A stretch of DNA of 64,000 bases. It comes from Lama guanicoe. Lineage: Eukaryota. The DNA lies in contig MU054117.1 of assembly GCA_013239625.1 (NCBI GenBank), positions 3,958,677 through 4,022,676 of the forward strand, written 5' to 3'. Numbering within the stretch: the first letter of the stretch is position 1; each line of letters starts with the position of its first letter. Below are positions 13,826 through 25,000 of the stretch, piece by piece. A model generated the notes under the pieces. It did not search any database and had not been told where the DNA came from. It saw only the letters and a program-made list of their open reading frames with translations. The translations under genes were made by a program, and so were the position numbers.

Positions 13826-15338
13826 TCCCCTTTCCACTTTACATATTTTTTTTAAAAAAAGGAAGTCTAAGAGGCGACAGGCAACTTGCCTAAGATCGCA
13901 CAGGAGCTCAGACAGGAGCCAGGTTCTCTGTCTCCTAGTCCAGTGCGAGGAGATGTGTACACAGCATATGTGATATATGCGCTGGTTTTTATACGAATAC
14001 ATATGCACACAGACACTCACAGCACTGACAGTAGTGCCTGGCACAGAATGCTGATGTGAACAGTACTTGGTACTCAGTAGGCACTCAGTAAATGTTACCT
14101 ATTGTTACTATGGTGATGATGACGATGATCTGTGGAGAAGGTTCCCACCTGCTAACAGCCCTTCCTGCCCCAGGAGTTTATAGTTCGGCCAACTCCCAGC
14201 TTGGGTACTCGGTGTTGCTGGAGCATGACTTGCATTCTGAATGGGGACCTGAGGGACAGCCTGCTCTCAGGGTGGGGACAGGAACAGAGCTGTCTGTGAA
14301 CGGACTGGTCCATACGGCGAAGCCTCAGACGGGTGGCCCCACGGCCATGTCCGTGTATCTGTTTGTGTGCATTCAGGAGAAAAGTGGTATGTACGCTTAT
14401 TTTAACTTGAACGCAGCATCCTTTGGCCTCCAAGAACTGTTAACACCTCTTTTGAGTGTTTCACAGGAACTCTGGGCACAAGGTCTTTACGGTCGAGAGC
14501 TCGGTGATGAAGTCCCTGTCCTTGGTTATCGTAGACGGCTGCAGTGGTGATAAGAATGTTTTCAAGGAGTGGTGGACAATAGCATGAACCTGCCTTGCCC
14601 CACCCCAGCCCACTCTGCACACTTGGAGCCTGTCCTTTCCTTGATAAAGGAGGATCGGTCTTAGGGGCAGGAGAATGGACGCGGTGACCTCTGCCAGGTC
14701 CTTCAGCCTGGAATTCTGAGGAGAGACGTGTGGGAGGAGAGTGCTCGGAGATCACTGCATTGCATGTTGCTGTCACGCGCATGGCGGGACCGGCCTAATT
14801 TGTAGGAAGGAGACCTGGGTTCCCGTGCTACTTAGCCTTCAACCCTTGGGAAAGCTGCCCCTTTGGAGTGCTCTGGATTTATCCCTAGACTTTCCCCACC
14901 CCTTATGACCCAGTGAGGTGGTAAATGAAGGGTGAGGCCAGAAGGCTTGTCTAACCCCTAATTCCATCCCAGAGCCCCAGCCAGAGTTCAATCCCCAAGT
15001 GACTCCAGCGCCCCACGGGAGGGGTTGTGTGCGGGAGACAGCACTGGTTTTCAGGTCGGCTTTCCAGCCGGGAGCCCGCCTTCTGTGCCCTCTGGCCAGC
15101 AAGCCACAGAAAGTGCAGACGGAAAGCGTCACTCTACACCGACGGCCCCAGCAGTAACGGAACATTCCAGCCACGGGACTCGGCGGGGAACTCGCCAGCC
15201 AGGCTTTGCAGCCTTGGCATAGAGCAGTCACCCGGCTGCGGCTGGTAACCGGCTGGAGTCTCACTGCCACTCTGGGATCAGTGAAGATGAAGGAGCATAG
15301 ATAATATACACCCATCCTGTACCCTAACCAGTGTGCTT

Positions 15339-15930
15339 CTTTGTTTTTTTATTTTATTTTATTTTTTATTGAAGTGTAGTTGATTCAGCGGTACAGCAAG
15401 GCAATTCAGTTATACACACACACACACACACATATATATATACATATATTTTCAGGTTGTTTTCCATTATAGCTTATTACAAGACATTGAATATAGTTCC
15501 CTGTGCTGTGCAGTAGGTCCTTGTAGTTTATCTATTTTATATATGGTAATGTGTGTCTGTTAATCCCAAACTCCTAATTTATTCCTCCCCTACCCTTTCC
15601 CCTTTTGCAACCATAATTTTTTTCTATGTCTATGAGTCTATTTTGGGTCTGTAAATAAAATTATATCTTTTTTTAGATTCCACATATAAGTGATATCATA
15701 TAGTATTTGCCTTTTTCTGTTTGGCTTACTTCACTTACTATGATCATCTTTAGGTTCATCCATGTTGCTGCAAATGGCATTATTTCATAATTGGAGTTTT
15801 CTGTGGATATATGCCCAGGAGTGGGATTGCTGGATCATATGGAAACCCTATTTTTAGTTTTTTAGGGAACCTCCATACTGTTCTCCACAGTGGCTGCACC
15901 AAATTATATTCCCACCAAAAGCGTAGGAGG
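15339..15930 (-). mobile_element. L1 3' end with internal deletion
   Basis: TTTTATTGAAGTGTAGTTGATT...GATTCCACATATAAGTGATATCATA...CCCAGGAGTGGGATTGCTGGATCATATGG; includes the ORF2 C-terminal remnant [38 protein letters not shown]. Confidence 0.9.
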
Positions 15931-18900
15931 TTTTTTTTCTTATTTATAGCCCCTGCTTTACAGCAACATGAGGCCACGCCCCTCTCACACATGGGAAAAC
16001 CAAGGAGCTGCAGAGTTCAGTGAATTCCCTGAGCTCACGAAGCCAGTGACAAAGCCACTGTCCGTTTCTGCTCTCCCTGGATGGCATCGCCTTTCAGGCT
16101 TACTCCGTGTGCTTACAGCGTAAATGGAAACCTAAAGCTCCCCTACAACCTTCCACATCCTCCCAAGCACTCAAGCGTTCCCTAGCACCCAGACCCTTCC
16201 CCAGATGAAGGGAGGAGCAGTGAGAAGACGACCAGGCTGGAGGTTTGGAAAACCGGACGGGAGCCCTGCCAGTTCAACCTGTGGGGCCCAGCCTTCCCCT
16301 GAGGCTCCCTGCCCTGCTCCACGGTGCTCAGAATCTATAAGGCCACCCATCGGCATGTCCTGAAATGTCCCAGCTGACCCTGTTTTTCACTTCATCTCAG
16401 CATTAGGTGATGTCCCCATATGCCTTGGAGGGCTCGAGAAACCGCTGACTGGTGAGTGGACACAGGTGAGCAGATGAACAGTTACTCTCCACATCCCTAA
16501 CTCTGAGCCTGGACCACGAGATGCTGGCACAGGGGGTGAGGGAGATAGCCCATGGAGTATTTTATGGTCCGAAGATGGAATTAACGGCACTGCCATACCT
16601 ATGTCGAACCCAGCTAATAAAACTTTATGAGTTCTTACCCATGAAATATTTTGTTTATGTCACATGGCTCTAATCGAGTGGGTTTTTTCCTCTTTCTTCA
16701 CTTCCCTACCCCCACCCTTTTCCCTGCCCGCTTTGTCTCCTGAGGCCTAAACCCTCTGGAAATGCATTAGTTACCTAGGAAACCTTAATGTCATTTTTTT
16801 ATGAGTGGAGTTTGGTGCAACATAAAGCTAATTTATAGGGTGGTTAGGAATTCATGTCATGACTGGTGAAATCGGAGACTTTATTAGGATTTCTCTATCC
16901 ACCTGTGTGGTAGGAATACGTAACTTCCCTCTATTATTACAGGTAATTTCTTGAAACATAATTATAAATCTAGATGCTATTTCATAAGATGAGCTGACCC
17001 ATTGTTGTTCCGTGTAATTCATTCTATTGTTCCATGTACGCTCCAGAGCATAATTAGCAGTGACACAAACCAAGAATACGCCAGACAATCTGTTAAGAGT
17101 TAAAGAACACCGTGTCATTTCCTTTAAAACGATGAGGTGGTTCTGCCTGAGAGGCAAAGACTGAATAAGATGAGATTTTGAAACCCTTCCACACTGTCCT
17201 CCATGCTGGCTGAGGCCCATGTTAGGAAGCGACACAAATTCTCAGCATGTCCACCACTTCATTCTGCTGGTTTCCTTCTGTCTTTGTCCAAAGGGGAAAA
17301 TTTACACCCAGGAAGTTACATTCATGAAGTGTTTAAAGACGGCTTACAGGTAACAATGAGGCCACTGCAGAGTCAAGCTCTTTCCTCGAAGCTGATCCCC
17401 GACCAGGGAGTGGCAGGGACTTCAGGGCAAGCACTATTAGATTGGGAGTTGGGGCTCCCCTGGTGTCAGGCACTGCGCTAAGCGTTTTAAATAAATAATT
17501 AAATAAGTTCATTTGAGCTTCACAACACTCCTGGGAGGCTGGCACTGCGAAGCCCAGAAGCTGTCCGAAGGCACACAGCCGCCAAGGGGAGAAGGCGGCA
17601 CGGAACCCTCTAAAATCCCCTTTCGATGGGTCCTACTTCCTGATCGTCACTATGCTTGTTCTGTTTCCCTGGAAAAAGTCACTGCCAGGCTGAAGCCTCA
17701 GATTCCTCGACAGTTACACACGAGGTGGGGACACGGAGGCTCCTAGAACTTGACCTCTGGTATCCGCGCTCTGTCCGAGATCCGTGCTGATCACAGCAAA
17801 GCTGCGCTTTCTCAAGGTGATGGAAACTGTAGGGAAGCCCTGGGCTTGCTGAATAAACAGAAAGTCACCCTGTTGCTGTGGACAACTGCACCCATTTTGA
17901 AAAAACAGAGAGTAACGCCTCACACAGGCCTCTTCAGGGCACTGGGGCCGGGTTGCTAATGAACATGGTGCTCATGTGACCTTCGGCTAAGCCGTGGATA
18001 GGACGTGCGCGGTGACGGGTGGGCAGCCAGGCATCTCCTGAGTGCCAGGAGCCAAGGTAGCGCACAGTCTTCCCTGACCTTAAATGGCCAGTCCCTGTGC
18101 AAATACCTTCTGCATTCACTAAATTGTTTCAGAAACATGGACTTTCAGGCTCCACTGGCTGAGCAGCCCTGGGAGGGAGCGGGAGGGGGTGGGAGGGACA
18201 AGGTAGGGCCAGCAGCCGTGGCAATTCTGCCGAACTTCCCCACACTGCCCTCCAGCAGCAGAAGGTGCAACTTGCAAATGTTTTAGGCTCAGCTGAGGAG
18301 TGGAGAGCTTGGCAATCTCAAAGGCGGGGGAAAAGAAAAACAAGAGACAGCGAGAGAAGGCAAAAAGTCAAGGCTAGCTAGTTGATCTCGAAGAAAAAAT
18401 CACCCAGCTGGTCTTTGTCATGTACATCCCCAAGGAGAGGGTCCTTGGAGCCACTCAGCCCAGTTTTCTCATTTCCTGGGTCAACACGTCACAATGAATT
18501 AACCACAGACAGCTACTACACGAGGCCACACGCCGAGCACCACCGCCCAACACACAGTCCGCTTAACCGAAACGTCCAGGGCACAAATGCTGCTTTTCAC
18601 GAGGTGAGAGCCCGCTTCCTGCCGACAGTTCCGTCTCGTTCCTGTTCAGTGTTTCAACCACAGAGTGGTGCTATTGCAAAAGAGAAGGGTGGGCCGGAGG
18701 CGAGCTCTGGAAATTTTGCTTTAGGAGAGAGTTTTAAAAGGGACTTGCAGACACCAGACCCAGTTCCTGCTCTCCCCAACCCCTTTCAGGAGTAGGGCCT
18801 TACACCCAGATGTAGCAGGGAGAAAAAGAAAGTTCAGCAACCTAAAAATACAGCCAACAGATGGGCGGCCCAAGCCAAGGCGGCGACCAGGGACTCCCCT

Positions 18901-19399
18901 TGGAGAAAGGATTCTATAAAGACTTAGTTCTGGATGGACTGCCCGGCACTCAGCACCACCTGCAGGGCACAAGCTTACGTCCCAGTTTTGATCTTGGCTT
19001 TAGCTCTCTGGGACCACTCAGATCTGTCTCTATTTTGAAAAATGGGTTTGCTGAGAAGTAACAACGTTCAGAAGTTTCAAAACGATCCTATATTGTACAC
19101 AATAATCTAATCTATCTTTTCAAAAATACGCCTTTTTACTCCTTTTTCTGGCCACCCTATTCCCTGATCACCTTGTCACTCCCTGGGAAGCCAGAAGGGG
19201 GACCTGGACATCGGTCCCAACTGTCCCAAAGTTGAGGAAGAGAACATTTAGCTCTGAACTAGAAGGACAGCAGTAAAGGAGAAGGCAGCTTGCCGGTTCA
19301 AGGAAGCCTGTCTTAAAAAAGGCCCTCCACAAAGGAAAAGGCCAGTGGCGTCCATTTGGAGCAAAAGCAAGAAAAGTGCATCTTTCACCCTCTGCCCTA

Positions 19400-20231
19400 G
19401 TCTGGTTCTCTCCTCCACCTCTCTCCTCCCTGAGCCCCTCCCTCCCTTCCTTCCCCTCTCCTCCCAAAGGCACCATGCATATTTGGCAAGATTAAGGTGT
19501 CACTTCTCATATTACAAGGCGTGTTGACTGCACGCAAAGACAGACCCACCAGCTCAGGACAAAACCCCCTCGAGCTGGGAAACAGCACAAACTTCCTGGG
19601 ATCACATAGGTCCTTCCTGGCAAAGTGAGGCGGCCAGTCAGCGCCCCGGCATCTGCAGAACAAATCGGCCTTAAACTCACGCTGCCTCCTCTCTTTCTCT
19701 CTCTCTCTCTTTTTTTCCTTCTGATTTTTCAAATTTAAGTTTGCCCCTCTCCCTTCCCCTCCTCCCTCCAGACTGCGGGCTACCCAGGAGCTGCTGGCAG
19801 ATCAGCCAGGACTTGTTTTTAACCCATTCCTCGCTGTAGCAGGAGCCAACCACCTCTTCCCCTGCAATTTTTGGGTTATCAGAGGACCCGGAGCTCCGGA
19901 AAAGAGCCCCTAGAACTTGGCCAGAGAAGCTGAATCTGGGGCCCGAGTTCCTCCTTTGACAGCGCGGCAGCAGGGGGGTGGGGGGTGCAAGTGTGGATAA
20001 GTGGGGGAGGGCAGGGAGGCGGGCCAGAGCGGAGGGAGAAAACCAGGACCCAGCAGAGCACGCCCAAGCCAAACCTTCATGGTGCCGAGCGCCGGGTGGA
20101 GGCGACTTCTCTGGCCTGGAGGTGGACCTGGACATTCTAGCACGAGGGAGACACTGAAGGAGGACCCTACTCTTCCAGGGACCGCGGGAAGTGCCCTCCC
20201 TGGGCCTCAGTGGGCACTTCGGCCGTTTTCG
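19400..20231 (+). promoter_or_regulatory. Probable promoter A / 5'UTR of exon 1A
   Basis: Repeat-free, moderately CpG-rich, pyrimidine tracts, GC box (GGGAGGCGGG ~20014), ATGCATAT at 19475-19482; lies directly upstream of the 1A donor. TSS cannot be located. Confidence 0.45.
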
Positions 20232-20270
20232 ATGTGGCAGCCTCCAGCAGCCAGGATAATGATGAGGCAG
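20232..20270 (+). CDS. NTF3: Probable NTF3 upstream alternative first exon (1A) coding part, MWQPPAARIMMRQ
   Basis: ATG TGG CAG CCT CCA GCA GCC AGG ATA ATG ATG AGG CAG|GTACAA: 13 codons, phase-0 donor compatible with exon 2. Rodent NT-3 is known to have two upstream promoters/first exons. The donor is only moderately consensus. Confidence 0.6.
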
Positions 20271-21684
20271 GTACAATCTATCTAGTAGGCAGCCCCCAGC
20301 CTCCCCCTCCCGCCTTCCCTCCCCTCGGACTGCAGCCTCTCTCTGCGTTGGTTTGGCCTGGGCTGGTAGGTACAATGCCGGTACTTCTTGGTGTTTGATC
20401 AAATTCACAAACAAGTCAAAGAAATTTGGATGTTTTTAACTTGGATCCCAGCTGAAACACAGAGTGGGTTGCTTACTAGACCCCTGGAATGGCAGGGCAA
20501 AGGGGGAGAAGTGATACCTACTCACTCCCCTCCCCCAGTCGCGCGTGAGTCAAAAGGTCCTGGCAAGAGACTAGGGCGAGGAGTGGCCGAGATGGCAGGG
20601 AGGAAGAAGTGGGGGGCTCGGAGGCGAGGCGCCCTTCGCCACAACTCTGGGAGCGGGTAGGAGGGGGACAGGAGGGCAAAACTTTGTTGAGAGGTTCTGG
20701 ATTTCTCACTCACCCCTGAGGGGCATTCCCCCCCTCCCCACTTCTCTTGATGGCAAATGAGCGAAAGCAAGATGACTTAACTCGGTAAATTTAGAGAGCT
20801 CCAGCCCTGCACAAGTGGGGTCTAATGGGCAGCTAAAATTATCTCGAAATAAGAGATTTTTGCCCCTGCCCGCCTCCCCCCTCCTCACCATCCTTTCCTT
20901 GAATAATCTACTGGTGGGGAAGTGGGCGTCACCACTTTCGGGACTCTAAGAAAGGTGGGTCTGTCGCCTGTCTTCCTGCTCCCCGCACTGTCCCTGCGTG
21001 CAGACCGGTGGGTGCAGAGTGGGCACTCAGCTGCAGGGCCTGATCCTCGTTTGTAAGGAAGGGGCTTTAGAGAAGGTGGAGGCTGCGTGGAATGAGAGGC
21101 TCCTCTCTCATCACCCTCTGCCTTCCGAGCTCACGCTCTTGCTCGCGCAAACACACACGCACACAGCCGCCCCTCCCTGGGTCCCCGACCCCCCACCCCG
21201 TACCTCTCTGACTGGATCCCCACGACTGTCTGCAGCGCCCCGGGTGCTGGTCCTGGAGCAGCGAGTACGCTGGGGAGCTGTGGTCCCGGGGGCGCACTCT
21301 CGTCGCGGGGAGAGGGAAGGACTGACGGTGGGCTCGGTAGGGGGAGGGGAGAGCTCCGGAGCTGCAAGGGTCTCGGGTTCTGAGGAGGAGTTTGCACATT
21401 GGACCCAGCTGCCTGAGGAAAGGGGCAAGAAAGGCCCTTATGCTTTGCAAAGAAAGACCTTACATCAAAAGAAAAAAGAAGACCCCAAAGACTTTTTCAA
21501 GGAGAAGAACAAGTAAGGCAGGCTGAAGACATTAACGTGTAAAGCGCAGTGAAAAGTTAAATACTTCGTTTCTTCCTGGATCTCTAAAGGGGGAGATCAA
21601 GGGGTATACTGAAGCCTCCTACTGACTTGGAAGTTTGGGGTGTTTTTCTTTAAGAAAGGTTAGGGGAGTTGACCCCGTCCCCTC

Positions 21685-21850
21685 ATTGGTCCCCGACCCC
21701 CGGCGCAGGGGCGCTGGGGCGCAGGCGTGCGCGGCGGACCGGGCGCGGGGGCGGGCGGCGCGGCGCCGAAGGGGTTAAGGCGCTGAGCGCGGAGCCATCT
21801 GGCCGGGTTGGCTGGTTATAACCGCGCAGATTATGTTCACGGGACTCAGA
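21685..21850 (+). promoter_or_regulatory. NTF3 proximal promoter: inverted CCAAT, EGR/Sp1 GC box, E-box, TATA
   Basis: ATTGG 21685-21689; GCGGGGGCG 21745-21753 overlapping GGGGCGGG; CATCTG 21796-21801; TATAA 21817-21821 inside the palindrome GGTTATAACC. Confidence 0.75.
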
Positions 21851-22078
21851 GTTGAAGGCTCCTCTCTCTACCGAGCAGCTCCGCGCGCGGCCCCCGAGAG
21901 AGCCCGGCGCAACTACTTTCTTCCTTCTCCTTTCTTTTTCCTTTTCTTTTTGTCCCCTGCTGGGTGGTGGCGGCGGCGGGGTGGGGAGACTTTGAATGAC
22001 CGAGCTCGCGTCCACCTTTCTCTTCATGTCGACGTCCCTGGAAACAGTCACACGGATGCCATGGTTACTTCTGCCACG
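21848..22078 (+). other. NTF3: NTF3 first exon 1B (5'UTR plus first 6 codons); start approximate
   Basis: Begins ~30 nt after TATAA (21817-21821) near CTCAGAGTTGAAG and ends at ACG|GTAAGG. Resembles the remembered mammalian NTF3 5'UTR. TSS is inferred. Confidence 0.8.
22061..22078 (+). CDS. NTF3: NTF3 exon 1B coding part (MVTSAT), N-terminal extension of the long prepro-neurotrophin-3 isoform; partial CDS, rest lies beyond the window
   Basis: GATGCC-ATG-G strong Kozak, then ATG GTT ACT TCT GCC ACG followed directly by GTAAGG donor (phase 0). Matches the remembered NT-3 long-isoform N-terminus MVT(F/S)AT|ILQVNKVMSILFY. Lies in a CpG island just downstream of a TATA box. Confidence 0.9.
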
Positions 22079-25000
22079 GTAAGGGGAGGCGGGCGTGCTG
22101 GGTGGGCAGGTTCGGGGCTGGGGGGCTCGGTGGAGGGGCTGGCCGGGGAGACCAGCGCGGGGCCCCGGGCTCCGCACCCCGCCCCCACCCCAGCGCTCCG
22201 CGCTCTCGCACTTTCCCCGGCTCGTGCCTTCCCGAAGTTTGCGCCGGGGTCTGCCCAGGCCCGGGCGCAGGCACGGCCGCCCCCGGCACACCCACGCACA
22301 CGCGCGCGCGGACACTCCTCCCCACCTCCTCTCTCCGGTCCCTCGGCTGCCGGAGAAACCGCCCAGTATCTGGGAAAGTGATCAGGTTTAAGGGACCAGG
22401 ATTGGAAACGGGGGGGCGGAGGCGAAGGGAAAGGGGGACGACGGAAGGCCAGGAAAGGGCTTCGGCAGAACCGCCAGCCCCCCACCAACACACCCGTCTG
22501 CTCCTGCAGAGACGGCTCCCCGCGCATCCCGAAACAAAAGGGGGTGGCAGGCGGACGCGGAGCAGCGGGGAGGCGAGGGTGCCACAGTCCCTCCCCGCTC
22601 GCGCCCCGCGCCCGCTTGGCCACCGCACGGACCACTCCGCTCGCCCGCCCCCCAGGGCCGGACGTGGGCTGGGGGAGGGGAAGCGGAGCTTGGAACCTGG
22701 AGAGTCCCTTCCCAGTTTGGGGAGTTGGGACTCCTCGCCCCGCGCGGCTACCTGCTGGAGTCCCCTTGCCTCGGCTCAAAGCTTTCTCAGGAACAGCCCC
22801 GCACCCCGGGCTCGTCCCGGCCGGCGGCCGCCCCTCCCCGAGTCTCTGAGCAGATGTTGGAGCTGCACCGGCGGCCCGCGCATCTGGGTCCCCGCCGGGG
22901 AGCTGCGGGCAAGAGGGCCGGGCGGTCCCTGGGGAGTTCTGGGGAGGGGAGGTGCTGGGAGGCCGGGGCCCGGCGGAGCTAGACTAACACGGACCCCCAG
23001 GGGCCAAATTGCTCCGTTGCCGCAGAGCTCTAACCACACTCCACAGGAAATTTGGGGCGCTCCGAGTTGAAGGTTGGGGAAAGGACGGGCTGGGGTGAGG
23101 GAGGGGACCCTGCTTGTTGCTCTCGGGTGCGAGTGGGTGCGCGGCGAGGAAGCGCTGCTGCTTTGGGGGAAGTTTGGCTGCTGGGTCCCTCAAAGGCACG
23201 GAACGGGGATCCCAGCGCCAAACCGGGTGGGGGTGGGGCTGCTGACTAGTAAGATCCCTCTCCGATCCGTGGCTGGGGGGCTCCAGGTGGAGGAAGCCCC
23301 GAACTAGACCGCCTCGGTCTCGACCTCTGGCGGCAGGCGGCAGGTTCGGAGTCCGACTGCAGGCAGCCGCCCGAGGCAGCCCCGGCGCCGAGCTCCGAGC
23401 CGGGCTCCGAGCCGGAGAGCTGGCGACTACAGGCTGTGCTGGGCAACCTGCCTTTTCACGCAGAGATGCCGTCTCCCACTCTGCAGCATCGAGAGCAAGC
23501 GAGAGACAGCTAAACCCTCTGCCCCAAGTGTCAGGATGGAGAAAGCTGTAACATGAGGGAACTTTTCAATCGGTTCTGCTTTCACAGAGCTCAGAAATAC
23601 TCCAGCATACTCAGCCTGCTCACGACTCCTGCCCCCCGCCCCCGACACAAAGAAAGTGGAGCGGTAGGATTCAGGGGATAAAATCCAGCAGCCCCCGCCT
23701 TGGGCTCGGAGGCTGAGACCTGGGCATGGCGTTGGGAGCAGGAGAGATGAAAACAGACTCTAAGCAGTGTCGGAGGAAGGCGGAAAGTCTTGGGGTTGCA
23801 GTGGGAGTGCGCACCGTTTTGTGCTGGTGAAGGGCTGCTTTGTAGCTGCAAGTGGAGGATGTGGTTCTGTGTGAACCACGTGTGCTTTCCTATGGAGGGC
23901 AATCAGTCGGGCCCCTTGGGTGCTCTGTTTGGTCAGGGAAGGCGGTTGTGTGGAAAGTCTGTGCATGGGGATGGGCAGGGAGCAGGGACCCTGCCAGCTC
24001 TGTGTGCACGGAGGTGTGGGTTTCTGAAGTTTTCTTCCGTGGGCATGTGTGTGACTAGCAGCAGGTGAGAGCATGTGGAAACATAGGTGCAGCTAGTGAG
24101 AAATCCGTGCCTGCGGAGGGTGTCGGAGCAGGAGAGAGGTGCAGTGTGTTGCAGACAGATGGCTTGTGCGTGCTTGCACAGACAGCGGGGTGGGTGTGGC
24201 GTGGGAGGGAAAGGTGGACCAGTGGCCCAGGTTGTTTAGGGTCTGAGGTTTTCAGAAGGGATGTGGGGGAGGTGCAGGAAAGATTATCTGCAGAGAGCAG
24301 AACGTGAATTTCACGAGTGATCGCTGGGAAATTTGGCTGGAATGGCATTGGGGTCCATGGGGGACAGAAAAGTGTGGGCTCAGACTTATGGAAAGACTGA
24401 GCATTTACAGTGAAGGATGCTGGGGTGGTTTTTACCTTCTCCCCGTCTCCACCTCCCCAAAGAGGAGGGAATTGGAGAAGGCTGAGAATGAGGGATGTAC
24501 ATTTAAGGGGAAAAGTCTTCCGAGTGCTGGCACTGGGCAGGGATCAGGCAGGGTGTATGTGTAAGATTGGAGTGAGCGCAGAAATGTGTTTTGCATGCCT
24601 GGAGGCAGAGACTCGTGCTGTATTACATTGTGTAATGGGTTTCTTCTTTGACAGAGGAATTCACCTTCACCAATTAATACTGATTATCAATGAAAATTTA
24701 TGGAATGCCCACTGGATGCTCAGCCCATGGCTGGGTACTGGGGTGTGGCACTGGGCCCTGGAAAAATTCCTTCCCAGGGCTCAGCTGACTGCTGCAGTTT
24801 TGCCAGGAGCAGCAAGGGGAGCTTAGTGTTAGCTGAGGTTTCTTCAGGAACTATAATTCAGTTTCTAGAGATGTTATGGATCTCGGAGGCCAAAGGGAAG
24901 CTGATTTGAAATATATCTGTGGTTTTGTAAAAGTGGGGCGTAGAGATAAGGCTGATGTATAGTTTTGTGTTTTGTGGAAGGAGCTGGAGGCTGTTCCTGT

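Larger units (their letters stand above)
21650..23450. promoter_or_regulatory. CpG island covering the NTF3 promoter B, exon 1B and the start of the intron
   Basis: Very high GC and dense CpG (GCGCGGCGG, CGCGCGCG tracts) compared with the flanks; boundaries judged by eye. Confidence 0.9.

Noticed and set aside
17765..17792. REST/RE1-like split site (TCAGCACG-N6-GGACAGAGCG, minus strand)
   Set aside because: Imperfect left half, and the spacer fits neither the canonical nor the usual extended spacing.
21833..22060. In-frame upstream ATG giving a 76-codon extension before MVTSAT
   Set aside because: The ATG is only 12 nt after the TATA box, upstream of the inferred TSS (~21848), so it is probably not in the mRNA; its Kozak context is also poor.
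21683..23070. Long ORFs of 182-322 aa on both strands around the promoter
   Set aside because: Low-complexity Gly/Arg/Pro/Ala translations caused by stop-codon scarcity in a CpG island. They read through the exon 1B donor and show no recognisable domain.
23392..23415. 12-bp tandem duplication GCTCCGAGCCGG x2 (similar CAGACTGCTGGA x2 at 61806-61829)
   Set aside because: Simple slippage duplications with no evidence of function.
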